Assembly (NCBI GenBank): GCA_013239625.1
Contig: MU053881.1
Coordinates: 2,480,001-2,544,000, forward strand
Direction: 5' to 3'
Source: Lama guanicoe
Lineage: Eukaryota
DNA: 64,000 bases
In this document: positions 49,767-61,650 of the stretch, one piece after another
How the letters are laid out: every line of letters starts with the position of its first letter
How positions within the stretch are numbered: the first letter of the stretch is position 1
Position numbers and translations under genes: made by a program
Notes under the pieces: generated by a model
Told to the model about the DNA's origin: nothing
Database searches by the model: none
The model's input: the letters and a program-made list of their open reading frames with translations, nothing else

Positions 49767-50334
49767 TGTCTCACCAACACACAAGATCATGTTCCTGGCC
49801 CACAGTGAGGCCAAACAAACCAAAATGTTGGAGTTTGGAGCAGAGAAAAACTTATCACAGGGCCGAGCAAGGAGAATGGGTGGCTTGTGCTTAAAAAACC
49901 CGAACTGCCAGACGGCTTTTGGAGAAAAGATTTTATAGGCAAAATTTGGGGTGAGGGCTGCAGGGTGTGTGACTTTCTTGTGATCGGTTGGTGGTGAGGT
50001 AACAGGGTGGTGCCCCAGAAACCTTGTGCTCAGCCTGAAACTGCCATCCTCCACCTGGGTGGCAGCCTTAGTTCCTGCAGAAAAACTCAAAGACATTGTT
50101 ACGTATATTCCTTGTGGAGGAACCAGATCCTACTTTGATCGCTGCACTATGATTTTTGATTGCTCCTCCTTTGTTTTTGCACTCCCTCGCTTCCCTGAAT
50201 ATAACTGTTTGAATCTGCTCTTTGGTATTCAGGAAGGTCTACAAGGCTGAAGCCTTTATCCCTCAAATAAGAAACGGGGGGCTCAGAAAGGCTTTTGTGC
50301 CAAGGAGGGTCCCCCAGGGTCCTGCTGGGCTTCA
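49767..50334 (-). mobile_element. ERV1/MER4-group-like solo LTR of laurasiatherian type
   Basis: GAGTTTGGAGCAGAGAAA...TTTATAGGCAAAATTTGGGGTGAGGGCTGCAGGGTGTGTGAC; ends GGGTCCTGCTGGGCTTCA; TSD unclear. Confidence 0.75.
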
Positions 50335-51019
50335 CTTGGAATCATTAATGGTTGAGAGGTGTTGGCCTCTTGTCTGGCTGTTTCCTCCACTCACACTTAT
50401 GCAGCAGACACCTCAGAGGTTTCTGCTACCTTCCGAATCTCCGAGAACAAGAAGAGAAGGGGCTTTTGGGGAGGGAAGTGTTCCTTGGGAAGGCACCCAC
50501 ATTCTTGATAAGGGAGGTGACTCTGGGGCCTTTCCTGGCTTCATGGGAAAGAGCAGTAATGAGTGAAGTGACAAGTAGTTTTCTATGTTTAAGCTGCTGT
50601 ATCCTGATCCCTTACACAGCAACTGGAACCCCCAGGCTGTGTTTTTTACACACAGAGAATTCAGCCTCCGGAGTTAGCATTTGAGAACTCAGTTGGTTCA
50701 GCGGCAGCACCTGGAAGGTCGGCTTATTAAAAATACAGGTTCAAAGGCCCACTCCCCAGAATCAAGAGTTGGACAGAGCTCCCTACCTTCCCTCCCAGGC
50801 GTTTCCTGGCCTCCGGGACTGGCTCGGGCTCCAGCTGCAGACACCCTTCTCCTTAACCCCACCCCACGTGGGATCCCTCAGCAGAGGCTGCTGGCTCCAC
50901 CCCAGACCAATTCCAGACCCACCCACGGCCACTCTGCAGCTCAAGCCCCCTCCTCTCTCATTACAGCCTCCAGAGTTTTTGATCACTTCCTACCCATTCT
51001 CTCCAGTCCCCAAATCATC

Positions 51020-51575
51020 CTGGGTGGTTTTTCATAATGTGAATCAGAACACGGAATTCCCTATTTGAAGCTCTCCAGTGATGACCCGTTACACTTGGAA
51101 TAAAGTGCAAACTCCTTTCTCCCCTTGGCCGATCCTCCCCATCACACCCTCACTTGTCGGCTTTAGCCAGTTCTTTTTTTCCACCCTTCCCCTCCCCCAG
51201 CTTTAGCCGTTTATTTTTTCCCACCATTCCCCTTCCCCAGCCACGTTTCATGCAGATTCCCACCCCGGGGGCCTTGGCCGTGCTGTTCCCTCTGGGACCT
51301 GCTCTTTCCCCAGATTCTCATCCTCTGTCGGGTCACAGCTCAAGTATCCCCTCCCTCCGTTGCCCCGTGCTTTTTCTAGCACATCTCAGTTTTAGATTCT
51401 TGACTGCAGCTGCCTGATGGTATCTCGTTCATGTATCTGCTTCCCTGACTCTTGTCTTCTCCCTTCCCCACTGGCATATGAGCGGGGACCACGGCAGACA
51501 GGTCTACCAGACCCTAGGGCCCAACTCAACACCTGACATGTGGTAGCTGCTTCACACACGTTTGTTGGATGGATG
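51020..51575 (+). mobile_element. LINE-2 3' region
   Basis: GAATAAAGTGCAAACTCCTT...ACCTGACATGTGGTAGCTGCTTCACACACGTTTGTTGGATGGATG. Confidence 0.7.
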
Positions 51576-53235
51576 CCCCACATTGCCAGCCCACGGTCCC
51601 ATTTAGTCCCTGCAGCAGAGGAAGAAAGAGAAGCCCAGGGGTGAGTGTCCCGCTGGCTGGGTGGCTGGGTGGGGCCACACACTGCGGAAGCCCCGTCCCC
51701 ATTGCTCTGGGGTGGGGAGAACCCTTGATGGCTCTTCTCTCCCTCCATTAACTCCGACACTGGGCTGATGCCTGCCTCCCCGCCTCCCTTCCAAAGGAGG
51801 CAGCTCCTGATGTTCTCACTCCCTCCCTGTGTAGACGGTTCCTAAGCATGTAGACAGATCCAGACGCCCAAGCAGTACAAGAGTTCTCGAGCTGCTGCCG
51901 GGTTGGGGTCTGCCTGCCCTCTCTATTCAGAGGATGTTTTCCCAGGCTCCTCCTGGTGCTAAATCATTCCTCCAAATTAGCAGGAATGCTCATTACCACC
52001 CAACCACTTCCCATTAGGCAGGAAATGTGTCTTTCCTGAGGAAGCTTCCCCAGACCCCAGGCCATTCTCCATCACTCCTGGGCAGGGGCGGGGTGTGGGG
52101 CTGACTGCAGGGCGGGAGGGTGCAGCGCCCTGCCTGGGCTGCAGGTTCCTGGGCTGTACCCTCACGTCTCGGATCCCCCCACCCCGCCACCCCCGGCTGG
52201 AAGAGCACACACAGGTGCCCTTGCTTCCAGCATGATCTTGTGGTCCCACCTCTGTCGACAGGTCTGTGTGTGGGGTCTGCTGCTGGGTTTTAAAGGAGAC
52301 ACTAAGGCAGAGGCATCTGCAAAGCAGTGAGAGTTGGAAATCATTTACTTAGGAAATGCTCTTAAAGTTCAATCCTTCCACACTTTAAGGTCTGTTGAGA
52401 GCTTTTAAAGCAGCCCATGGGTGCTTTCAGCCTCTGTGCCTTTCTCAGGCCTCCAGGGCGCTCTGCTTGCTGCTCAGCCCGGGCCTGGAAACCACCTTGA
52501 ATCTTAGTCTCCTGGCAGAGGCGCTGGAAGGCTGCGGCTCACTGTGGGTTTTATGGGCTGCTCACAAGACTGTCTTCAGGGAACAGGAAACTGATGAGAA
52601 ATCAAGAGCGAAACGGCTCATCCTATACAACGTGTATAATAAATATTAAATAACAACAATAATAATAATCTGGCCTACATCTTCCGTGGTGTCTAAGGAA
52701 GTGTCAGAAGCTCAATTATGGACTGGCTGGTGTAAAAGCAACATTTGGCTGCTTGAAAATAGCCTCCTTTGGCTCATTAGTGGGGCGCATGCCCGTGGGC
52801 AGGGAGCGTTCATTCAACTCTGGAATTTTTTTTTATCACCGAAGTAGCTCCAAAGTTGTGCTGAGTTCAGGCAGATTTCCTGAGAAATTTCTCCTAAAGA
52901 CAGGGGAGCCTTTGAGAACACAATGTGGGGAAAGTTCACTATTCATTTATCCCATGCCTATAACTTGAGCTCCTACTATGTGCCAGGCACTGTTCTCAAT
53001 GCTGAGGTTACTCAGGGAGATAGAAGAGAACACGTTCCCTACTTTATGAAGTTTAGTCTGCTGCTGCCATGGAGATGTGCTACAGGCAAACAAAAAAACT
53101 TAAAGGAAGATTACAGATAACTGCTTTGGGGGGGAAAAAGAAAAGAAAAGGAGCCCAGCAGAGGGCTGTCACGGAGAAAGACAAGGGGGGGGGCAGCAGG
53201 TGACTTGAACGGGAAAGGTCAAGACAGGCCTCACT

Positions 53236-53395
53236 CAGTCAAAGACCATCTGGACCAGGAGCTTCTGCCTTCTTGGGAACTTGGTAGGAATGCAGATTCC
53301 CACGCCCCACCCACACCTGCTGGATCGGGACCACTCGGGGCCGTGATGTGGGCTCACAGCCTTCTGTGAATCTGATGCACGCTTGAGTGGAATGT
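53236..53395 (+). mobile_element. MER5A-like hAT MITE
   Basis: TGGGAACTTGGTAGGAATGCAGATTCCCACGCCCCACCC. Confidence 0.75.
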
Positions 53396-54399
53396 AAGCT
53401 GGGGGCTGAATGATGAGAAGCTGCGAGCCTGGGGGGCCCAGGAAGAGGGCCGTCCGAAGGACAGCAGAGGGATGAGGCCAATGAGCTAGAGTTTAGGGCA
53501 CAGCGGTGCTGTGGGGCAGCTGGAGCTGCTTCTCGGGTCTTCCTAAGACACTGGGGTTCTGTTCCAGATGCACCGCACCTTCCTCCTGGCCTCACCTGGT
53601 GTAATGTAAACATTCTGGAATCACCTTCTGCCTCTTTTCTGGGGAAAGGGGAGGGACTGCCCCACCTCTCAGGAGTTTTCAGGTTGGGCCCTCCGTCCAG
53701 ATGAGTTGCCTGGTCATTTCTCTCCTCCGATGTAGGATGGCAGAGAGGGATAGAAGAGAGTCTGCTATTCCTAAAAATAGGCAAGTGAGTCTGGAGGCGA
53801 CAAAGTGGTAATATCTGAAGGAAAGGCTGGGAGAGCCCAAGAAAAGCAAGCCATGATAGTGGGAGTGGGGACACGGACAGAGGCTGAGAAGTAACTAAGG
53901 AGAGATTCAGGTGTCCTTATTTCCTCCCAGTGCCAGCAGGGAGATTGAAGAGGCCCCAGAGCCACAGATCAAGACATCAGGATGCTGGAGACGCAGGTGC
54001 CAAGCGCCCACTCCCACCCCACCCCATCCTGCTGCAGGGACCACGTGCAGAGCAGCGCAGTGTGGCCACCACCAAACCCATCAGAGGCCACCTTGTAAGC
54101 CACATCAGCCATGTGCAACCTAGGGGAAGAGGGGAGGGCACACAGATGAGCCCTTGGGGGCCCACCGGCACATTTCTTCTGGAAGTCAGCACACAAGCCC
54201 GCCCTCAGCATGCAGTCCCTCGCCGCTTACCACAAAGCCTCCTGGCTGGTTGATATTCCAGCAGCTCAGCTCACAGGCTGGTGGGCAGCAGCCAAGCCAG
54301 ACTGCCAGGCAGAGGTCCCAGCCCAGAAGGCAGGACACATAGGAGAAGGGCTGGATGAACTCAGAAATTGGAAGGGCACGTAGGGAACTCCGTGAGGAC

Positions 54400-54725
54400 A
54401 TTCATTCACTCTTTCCATTGTCAAAGTATCTCCTGAGCACGTAACTACATGATGGAGACTGTTCTAGGCCCTTAGGATCCTGCTTCTGAGAACAAGATGG
54501 ACGAGCTGCCAGTTCCTCCTGGAATTTATCATTTTAATGGGATGAGATAATAATGAGCAAATTAATAAATAGGAACATTTCAGATTGTGAGTGGTGCTGT
54601 AACACACAGCGATGTTTATGGTGGGAGCTACTTAAGGAAGGCTTCTCAGAGGAGCTGAGAGATTTGCAAGAAGAATGTTCCAGACAGAGGGAACAGCAAG
54701 TGTGAAGACCCTAACAGCAAGGAAA
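54400..54725 (-). mobile_element. LINE-2
   Basis: CATTCATTCAC...GAATGTTCCAGACAGAGGGAACAGCAAGTGTGAAGACCCT. Confidence 0.75.
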
Positions 54726-55324
54726 CCAGGTCCCTCTGCTTGTACACAGGTACACAACAGAAGAGGTGGCATTGACTCTGTCCCTTTTACCCAGAATCAG
54801 TCCAAGTGCCAAGAGGGGTTTCTCCATACACTAACAGTTGGTGAGAAGAGATCAGACCAAGGAGAATCAGCCTGGTATTTGCAGCCCCTGGAGCTCCTGT
54901 TTGCAGAGGGGTTGGGGGACTGTTGGGGAGGAGTGCAGAGACTGAGCTCAAGCCAGGGGCTCTAGAGCCAGCCAGACACGGGGGAGAGTCCCGGCTCTGT
55001 CCCTCACCAGTTTTGTGACCTAAGAAAATTGCTTCACCTCTCTTATGCCTCCATTTTCTCATCCCTATCTTGCTGTTTAAATGTAATTCCTGAAAATGAT
55101 ATTTGCGAAGGGCTGGTCTAGGCAGCTGTTCCAGCCACAGGCGCTGTGATTGCTACATCAAATTTCATGCTGCACCCTGTTTGTTCTGCAGGGTTTATTA
55201 AGCACCTACTAGCCACAGGAGGGAAGATGTTGTGATTCCTATTCTGGAGTTCTACACACGGAGGGGGAGGTATTTCTGGAAAGCAATGCAGAGCAAGGCA
55301 GTGCTGGCAGAGTCACTGTGGGGT

Positions 55325-55817
55325 TGCCGTAGGCTGCTGTATTGTCTGCCCAGCTTCCAGGCTTTCTCTTCTGGAAGCAGCATTCAGGCTTTCCATTAGC
55401 CCACGTGAGTGAGGTGGGGGTCTCCCCTCCCCCAAGCTGCAAAGGGGGCAATGGACCTGGCCGGGCCAATTAGTGCCGGCCCCGCCCCACCACAGTGATT
55501 GGCCGGGAGCGGACCAATGAGAATCGCCCTGGAGCTCTGGCTGAACACCCAGCAAGCCAGTGGGATGAGGGGATTGCCTGCTGGGGCTATCCTGCCACAC
55601 CTGGGGATGGCTTCCTGAGAACGAAACTGCAAAGAGGAGAGCAGAGCCAGGAGATGGAGAGAGACCAAATACCGATGACAGAGTCCCCGGAACCTCCCGG
55701 GCCTGATGCCAGCAACACTATCTCTGCACTTCACAATTATGTGAGGCAATTCTCTTTTGGCTCATGCCAATTTTAATTGGGTTTCTGTCACTTGCAACCA
55801 GAATCCTGACTGATACA
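55325..55817 (+). mobile_element. MLT1 solo LTR with CCAAT/GC-box cluster
   Basis: 3' end TTGGGTTTCTGTCACTTGCAACCAGAATCCTGACTGATACA. Confidence 0.8.
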
Positions 55818-55924
55818 GAGGGTTTTCTATGGAGAGACAGAGCTGGGGTTTCCATGAATGGTTTTGGATCAATGATTAGGGAGAGGTGAGGGTATGTACT
55901 GAGGAATGGTGAGATTGAGTGGTG

Positions 55925-56432
55925 ATGTGGCATGTGTTTGTTGCTTCTCTAGTGTCCACTTTCTCCCCTCCACTTCCTCAGAAAATCCCAGATTTCCCAG
56001 CCACGCATTTGGGTAGGATTGGCCCCACATTCATCTTCACGGGTGAGCCCACGTTAGCTTAGCCAGCAAGCATTTCCCATTGCACAATGACAGGTTAATT
56101 ATAAAGGAGCACGTGACCCAGTTCAACATGATCAGGGCCAATGAGATTCAGTTCTGGGACTCTTTCCCCTTAGATATGAATAACGAAGCAGGTGGCCTCG
56201 GAAGTTCTGGCAGCCATCTTGCAACCATGAAGAGAAAGCCTGCTGAGAATGTAGCCTGTTCCAAGGCAGATCCAAAATATAGAAGGACTGGCCACACTGT
56301 TGGAGTCCTGGATCAAGCCGCACCTGAAGAAGGAACAACTTCTGAACCATTCAGCTACATGAGCCAATGAAATCCTTTTGGGCTTAAGCCAGTCTAGTTC
56401 AGTTTTCTGTCCTGTGTAAAAAGAATCCTGTC
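55925..56432 (+). mobile_element. MLT1 solo LTR
   Basis: GCAGCCATCTTGCAACCATGA...CCTGGATCAAGCCGCACCTGAAG...GCTTAAGCCAGTCTAG. Confidence 0.8.
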
Positions 56433-57234
56433 TGCCTCCAATGGGACTCCAGGTAGGGCTCCCATTTCATCATCCTACCTCTCAGAGAATCTATGCTAGC
56501 ATTGAGCACTCTGTCCTCCCAATTTGCACCTGTAACCTCCAGGGAAGTATCTTATTTCTCTCAAATTCTCAGACCACCAGAGTGCAAGCGTCTCCCTGGG
56601 ACCTTGGAACTGAGATTCCTGAAGGGGCCAGGGGTCAGTGGGAAGCCTGTCTGCCATGTGGGCTGGAGAGAGCCTGAGCTCCAGACTCTCTGGGGAAGGT
56701 AATAATTCATGCTGGGTCCTCTTCTGCCCTTCCCCCAGCCCAGTCTGGGCAAGGACAGCCATCAATCCCACTTATCAGGCCCCTTATTTCATCCTTTATC
56801 CAGCTGTCTCAGGTGTCACTTCGCATCCTTAACACAGAGTTATGAGAGATTGAGCGCTCAGGCCTGGGCTGGCTGAAGGATTCATGGGTCTGAGGCTGTC
56901 CATTCATCAGGGCTAAATCTCAATGGCTTTGGGAGTGGGTGGAATGTGACTGACTGGGGCTGGGGCTGAGGGCTTTGCTGTCAGCAACCAGAAATATCAA
57001 AGGCTTGGAGAGGAGGGTGGTGGCAGGTGGTGACACGGGGTGAGGAGAAGACCCCCAGCTACCTGGGAGGACAGTCCAAGGCCTACAGGGGTGTAAGGAA
57101 GACCAGCTCTGGGAAGTTGCAGTCATATTTCTCAGCCAAACTCACAGTTTACTCAGTAACTGTGCAGCTTCCCAGACGGGGGAACCCTGGAAGGTAAGGA
57201 GCCCAACTGGCCCCAAAGCAATCCAAAATGTCTT

Positions 57235-57782
57235 TATAATCTCACATCAGATCCTGTCACCATCTTGCTTAACCCCTCCCCCAAATGGCTGCCCATTTAC
57301 AGTTAAAATAAAATCCCAGCCCCTGACCCCAGCTCACAAAGCCCTCCTTGATGGAGCTCTCTGCCCACCTTGCCCACCGCACTCTAGCCCCTCCAGCCAC
57401 TGTCTGTTCTTCAAACCCACAAGCTCACTCCTGCCTCGGGACCTTTACACCCACTGCTCCCTCGGCCTGGACGCACTCCCCTCAAGGTCTTGAGTGGCTG
57501 GATTCTGCTATGCATTCAGGGGTCAGCACAGGTGGCGTCTCCTGAGCACCCCCTGCCCCCACCGGACCCCCTCCTCAGGCTCCTCTGCCACATAGCCCTG
57601 TGTCGTTCCCTTCACAGGGCTTAGCACTGGCCAATACTGTCTTGTTCCTCTTCCCTTTTCTTGAATAGGTGACAATTAGAATTCTAGTTCCTGAGGGCAG
57701 GGTTCTGTCTGTCTGTCTTCATTGCTGGGTCCCCAGCCAACACTTGGTGTGTTGCTGGACATCACAGGCCCTCAGTAAATAT
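57235..57782 (+). mobile_element. LINE-2 3' region
   Basis: ATCAGATCCTGTCAC...TTCCTGAGGGCAGGGTTCTGTCTG...GGCCCTCAGTAAAT. Confidence 0.8.
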
Positions 57783-57783
57783 T

Positions 57784-57948
57784 CAGTTGGTCCCTGGATC
57801 CGATGGGTTGAATCCATGGATGCAGAACTGGGGATACAGAAAACCAACTGTACTGCATCATTTTATATAAGAAACTTGAGCTCCATGGATTTTGGTATCC
57901 ATGGGGGGTTCTGGAACCAACTTCCACAGATACTGAGGGACGACTGTA
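57784..57948 (-). mobile_element. TcMar-Tigger MITE (MER2/MER8-like)
   Basis: GGATTTTGGTATCCATGGGGGGTTCTGGAACCAA...GATACTGAGGGACGACTGTA. Confidence 0.85.
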
Positions 57949-58524
57949 TGTTAAGACAAACCGTTGTCCAGCTGCATCCCCCAGAGCCAACCCTAGGACT
58001 AGGTGACTTAGAAAAAGGGCTGCCGGCAGGCCGGATTGTGGTCTGTCCAGAGTGCAGAGGGCTCGGCGCGCGGTACGCCACCGCTGTGGCTTCTCCGAGA
58101 GACAGAGAAGGCTGCCCATTGTGGGAGGAATAGCTGTTTTGTGTCGCCAAGAGGTTACCATGGGAACGCCTTGCTGCCTGCAAAGACTCCCCTTAAAGTT
58201 AGAGATGTGGAGATATGAGGCGATTGTGGAGTCGATGAAGTATTGACCAGCAGCTGCGGGGCCCTCGCTGTGGGCAGTGAAGGACTTTGGGTCACCCCTA
58301 CCTGCCCTCAGCTTCATCTTGTGATTCCTTTCCTGTCCCTTCACTGCCAGCTTCACCCCTCCCAGCCTGCTCCCATCTGGGTGGCCCGAGCACTCACCCA
58401 AGGAGGCACGAGAGGGAAGTAAAGAGCTGACGGAGGCCAAAGGTCACACTGAGGTCATCCCAGGCATCTGTGACCAACGGGGTGGCAAGCACAGAAGTCA
58501 CTGATGAGCTAGGACAGCACACAC

Positions 58525-58790
58525 ATGCGTGGAGCACTTACTGTATGCACGATGGACACGGTACTCAGATGGAGACTAGACGTGGGTCATCAGATCTGTG
58601 AATTAACAGACTGAATCCTCACACGACCTACAGGGGGTTGCTATTCTGATCTCCATTTCACAGATGAAACAATGAAAGCTCAGAGAGGTCACGTGAAATT
58701 TTTGAAAACTCCCACCTAGTAAGAGGTAGTTCCAGGATTGTAACCCAGGGAATCCAGATCCAGAGCTCAGGGTTTTAACCACACTACCCT
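58525..58790 (-). mobile_element. MIR SINE
   Basis: CTCCATTTCACAGATGAAACAATGAAAGCTCAGAGAGGTCA. Confidence 0.8.
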
Positions 58791-59759
58791 CTCAGCAATT
58801 CTGAACACGAACAAATGTAGTAACTCCTATTTGTTGAACGGTTACTGTGGGCCAGGCATTTTGTTCAGCGTGTGCCTCTGTTATTTCGGACTGGGAAAAC
58901 TAAGGATTGCAGGGGTAAGTCATTCATCCAGGTGGTAGTGTTTGGATCTGCACTCTTGTCCAGAGTCCAAGTTCGTTTTCCAACATCAATGAAGGCCTGG
59001 ACCCGCAGCGCCAAAGACCCTCCCAGCCTGACCACCCTGGACTCCAGGAAGGGCTGCTGATACCTGTGCCATCCTGGTCAATCCCAAGGCTTAAGGAAAG
59101 GTAATGACTCCTTCTTTCAAACCTCATCATGCCTTGGGCCCAGGGAGGACACCAAGAATTCTGGACAACCTGACCATGACAGATGTCCCTGGTGGGCTGT
59201 GAGGTGCCATGGGACCACAACCTGGGGGAGGACGGCACCTACCACTGCTCACCTGGACAAGACTCTTACCTTCTCTGAGCCGGGCTTTCCTTGTCAGATC
59301 TACTCCCCCAACTCAAACTCACACAGGCTGGATGTGACAGTGCTTCCTAACCTGTCACAGTGAATGTGACTGCTGCAGCGTAGGTGAGCCCACGTCAGGA
59401 AAGCAGATACATTAGAGTCAATACTTACATTGCGAATCTTCCTCTCTTCCTCGCCCTCCAACTGGATTCTCTTAAAGGCATTTCCAATGGGGATTAAATT
59501 ATAAAACTTTCATTTAAATGCTGTTTTCTAGGAATGTGCCAACTGCACCCGGAGGCTTAGAGCCAAGCAGCTACCTTGGGGCCAAAACCAACCCAGATGA
59601 GCAGTTACCCCGGGCTTGCTGTGTGGACACGCTCCCAGGGCGTCTCCTTGGCTCTTCTGCTCTGTTTCCTGCCTCTGGCTTCATCCATCCCTGGGGAACA
59701 GGCAGCAGAGCTCGGGGCTGGAGTGGGCTGGGATAGGGTCTCACTGATTTTTTAGGTCA

Positions 59760-60183
59760 TGGGGTGTGCCTGGAGTGGCTCAAGACAATCTGCAGCCCAT
59801 CCCATGGCCACAGTCGTTGATTCAAGGATAAACATGTAACCTAATTCAGGCCACCGAGAGATGCTCAATCCCAGAAAAGAATCCAGAAAGTTCCTCCTTC
59901 TTTCACTGGAAAGAACAAAGAAACATGAAGTCCAAGGAGTTTCTGGCAACCAACTTGCAATCCTGAGGGGACCCAGCCTTAGAATGAAACTGTGGAAAAC
60001 AGTGTAGAGAGCCAGAAAGAAATGAGATTTTAAGGTGATACAATTGAGCTGGATCAAGCATTACCTGAAACCTGACCTACACTTGACTTTTCACTTACGG
60101 GAGTAAATACATTTCCATTTTTGTTTAAACGAGTTCAAGTTTTATCTCCTATCATTTGCAACTGAAAGATTCCTGAGTGATAA
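59760..60183 (+). mobile_element. MLT1 solo LTR
   Basis: CTGGATCAAGCATTACCTGAA...CATTTGCAACTGAAAGATTCCTGAGTGATA. Confidence 0.8.
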
Positions 60184-60929
60184 AAATGATATCAGAGAGG
60201 AGACTGGAGAACTGAGGTTCCCTTGCTACTGTCACCCCCACATGGTACAAACCTGAAACTCTGGGCCTGGGAGCATCATTGGATTTGGTCAGTTCTGCTT
60301 GGACCATTCAGAGCTCCCCATTCCCAGTAACTCGCTGCACCCGCTGTGGGCCTCCAGTGCCCCCCAAATCACCCTCCTTATCCAGACCTGCTTACCTTCT
60401 TGATGTGGCCTCAAGTCTCTAGCTGGCCCGAAAACCCAGGGAGTCTGAGCCACTGTCTCATATATCAAAGATGCTTTTGCATGGAGGGAAAAATGTAGGT
60501 CATTTTTCAATGCGTGTGGCTATCTTCAAGCAGCCCTGAATGCCAGAAGTGGGGCTGTGAGGCGGGGCAAGATGAATGGGGTTTGTCTCAGAGGGAGCCG
60601 CCTACACCTGCCTGCTCTCCCGCCCAAGGTGGGTGGAGGTGGGGGCATCTGGGAAGGGAGCTGTGGGGCGGGTGCCCACCCTCTACACACTCAAGGTAAA
60701 CAGGCTTGAGCTTCTGTCTCTCTGGACCCCAACTCATTGTCCCCCATCCTTAGCCACTGACAAAAGAGAGAACTTTCTTTGTTATTGTTGTCGTTTTAAA
60801 ATCTTGTTTCGCGAAGGAGAGGAAGAAAAAAAGGCGGGTCCATCAAGGCATTTATTCCTAACACTCCAGCCATCATAGGCTGCTGGGACTTGAAGAAAAA
60901 TCAAGACAATGAGTGCTTGTGAAAGCTCT

Positions 60930-61650
60930 GGCCTGGGGCGGGCACAGCTGCGGCCCCGCGCGCCGCCCACCCCCTCACCCCGCTCCGCGCCTCCCTGAAG
61001 CCCGCGCTCTGCGCACCCCGCAAACGTCCAGGGCTCCATCCTCCCCCATCCTCCCCGCGCTCCCTGCCCGGCTCCTCCCCGCCGGCCCCTGCACGGCGCA
61101 CCCGCTCGCAGGGCCGGGGCGGCCTCCTCCCGCCCTCCCCTCCCCTCCCCTCAGGGCTCCCAGGCGGCGCTCTGCGCGCCGAGCCGCTCGGCAGCCTGGA
61201 CGGACAGTGCCCCCCTCCGGCCGCACTCAGCCCTGGGCTGCGCGCCCCGCGTGACAGAGACAAACGCCGGAGGGGGCCTAGGAAGACACAGGCGAACCTC
61301 ACTGGTGACCCCAATTCCAGATTCGAACCTGGGTCTCCAGAGGTGAGTATGAAGAAAATGCCTAAATTAAAATGCTAATTACCGTCTTGGGCAATTCGTT
61401 ACCAGTCACTTGTATCTATTATTAACAGCTTCCCGCCATAGCCGTGGCTCGCCAAGAGACACGGATGATTTAAAGATTCAGGTGCAAGAAAAAAATAACA
61501 GAAATTGGTGTCTGCGCTGCGACGCTCCGTCTGAGGGGGTGTCACCCCCACTCTTCCCGCCCGGCGCCCCAAGAGAGAAGCCCCGCTGAGGAGCAGGGCA
61601 GCAGGACCGTGGTGCGAACTTGGGAAGCGGTTAGATCAGCCCGATGCGCA
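60930..61650. promoter_or_regulatory. CpG island (candidate promoter or enhancer; gene and direction unknown)
   Basis: Densest CpG/GC stretch of the window, non-repetitive, with GGGGCGGG and CCCGCCC Sp/KLF boxes. Confidence 0.75.
61275..61350 (-). mobile_element. Ancient tRNA-derived SINE head remnant (MamSINE1/LF-SINE-like)
   Basis: Minus strand reads TCACCTCTGGAGACCCAGGTTCGAATC (B box GGTTCGAATC) then GGTCACCAGTGA. Confidence 0.45.

Noticed and set aside
60901..61314. Overlapping Arg/Gly/Pro-rich ORFs in the CpG island
   Set aside because: Stop-codon scarcity in GC-rich sequence; no recognisable protein
61190..61620. REST/NRSE-like motifs (ACGGACAGTGCC ~61200; CCGTGGTGC ~61607)
   Set aside because: Only half-sites; the other half does not match at canonical spacing
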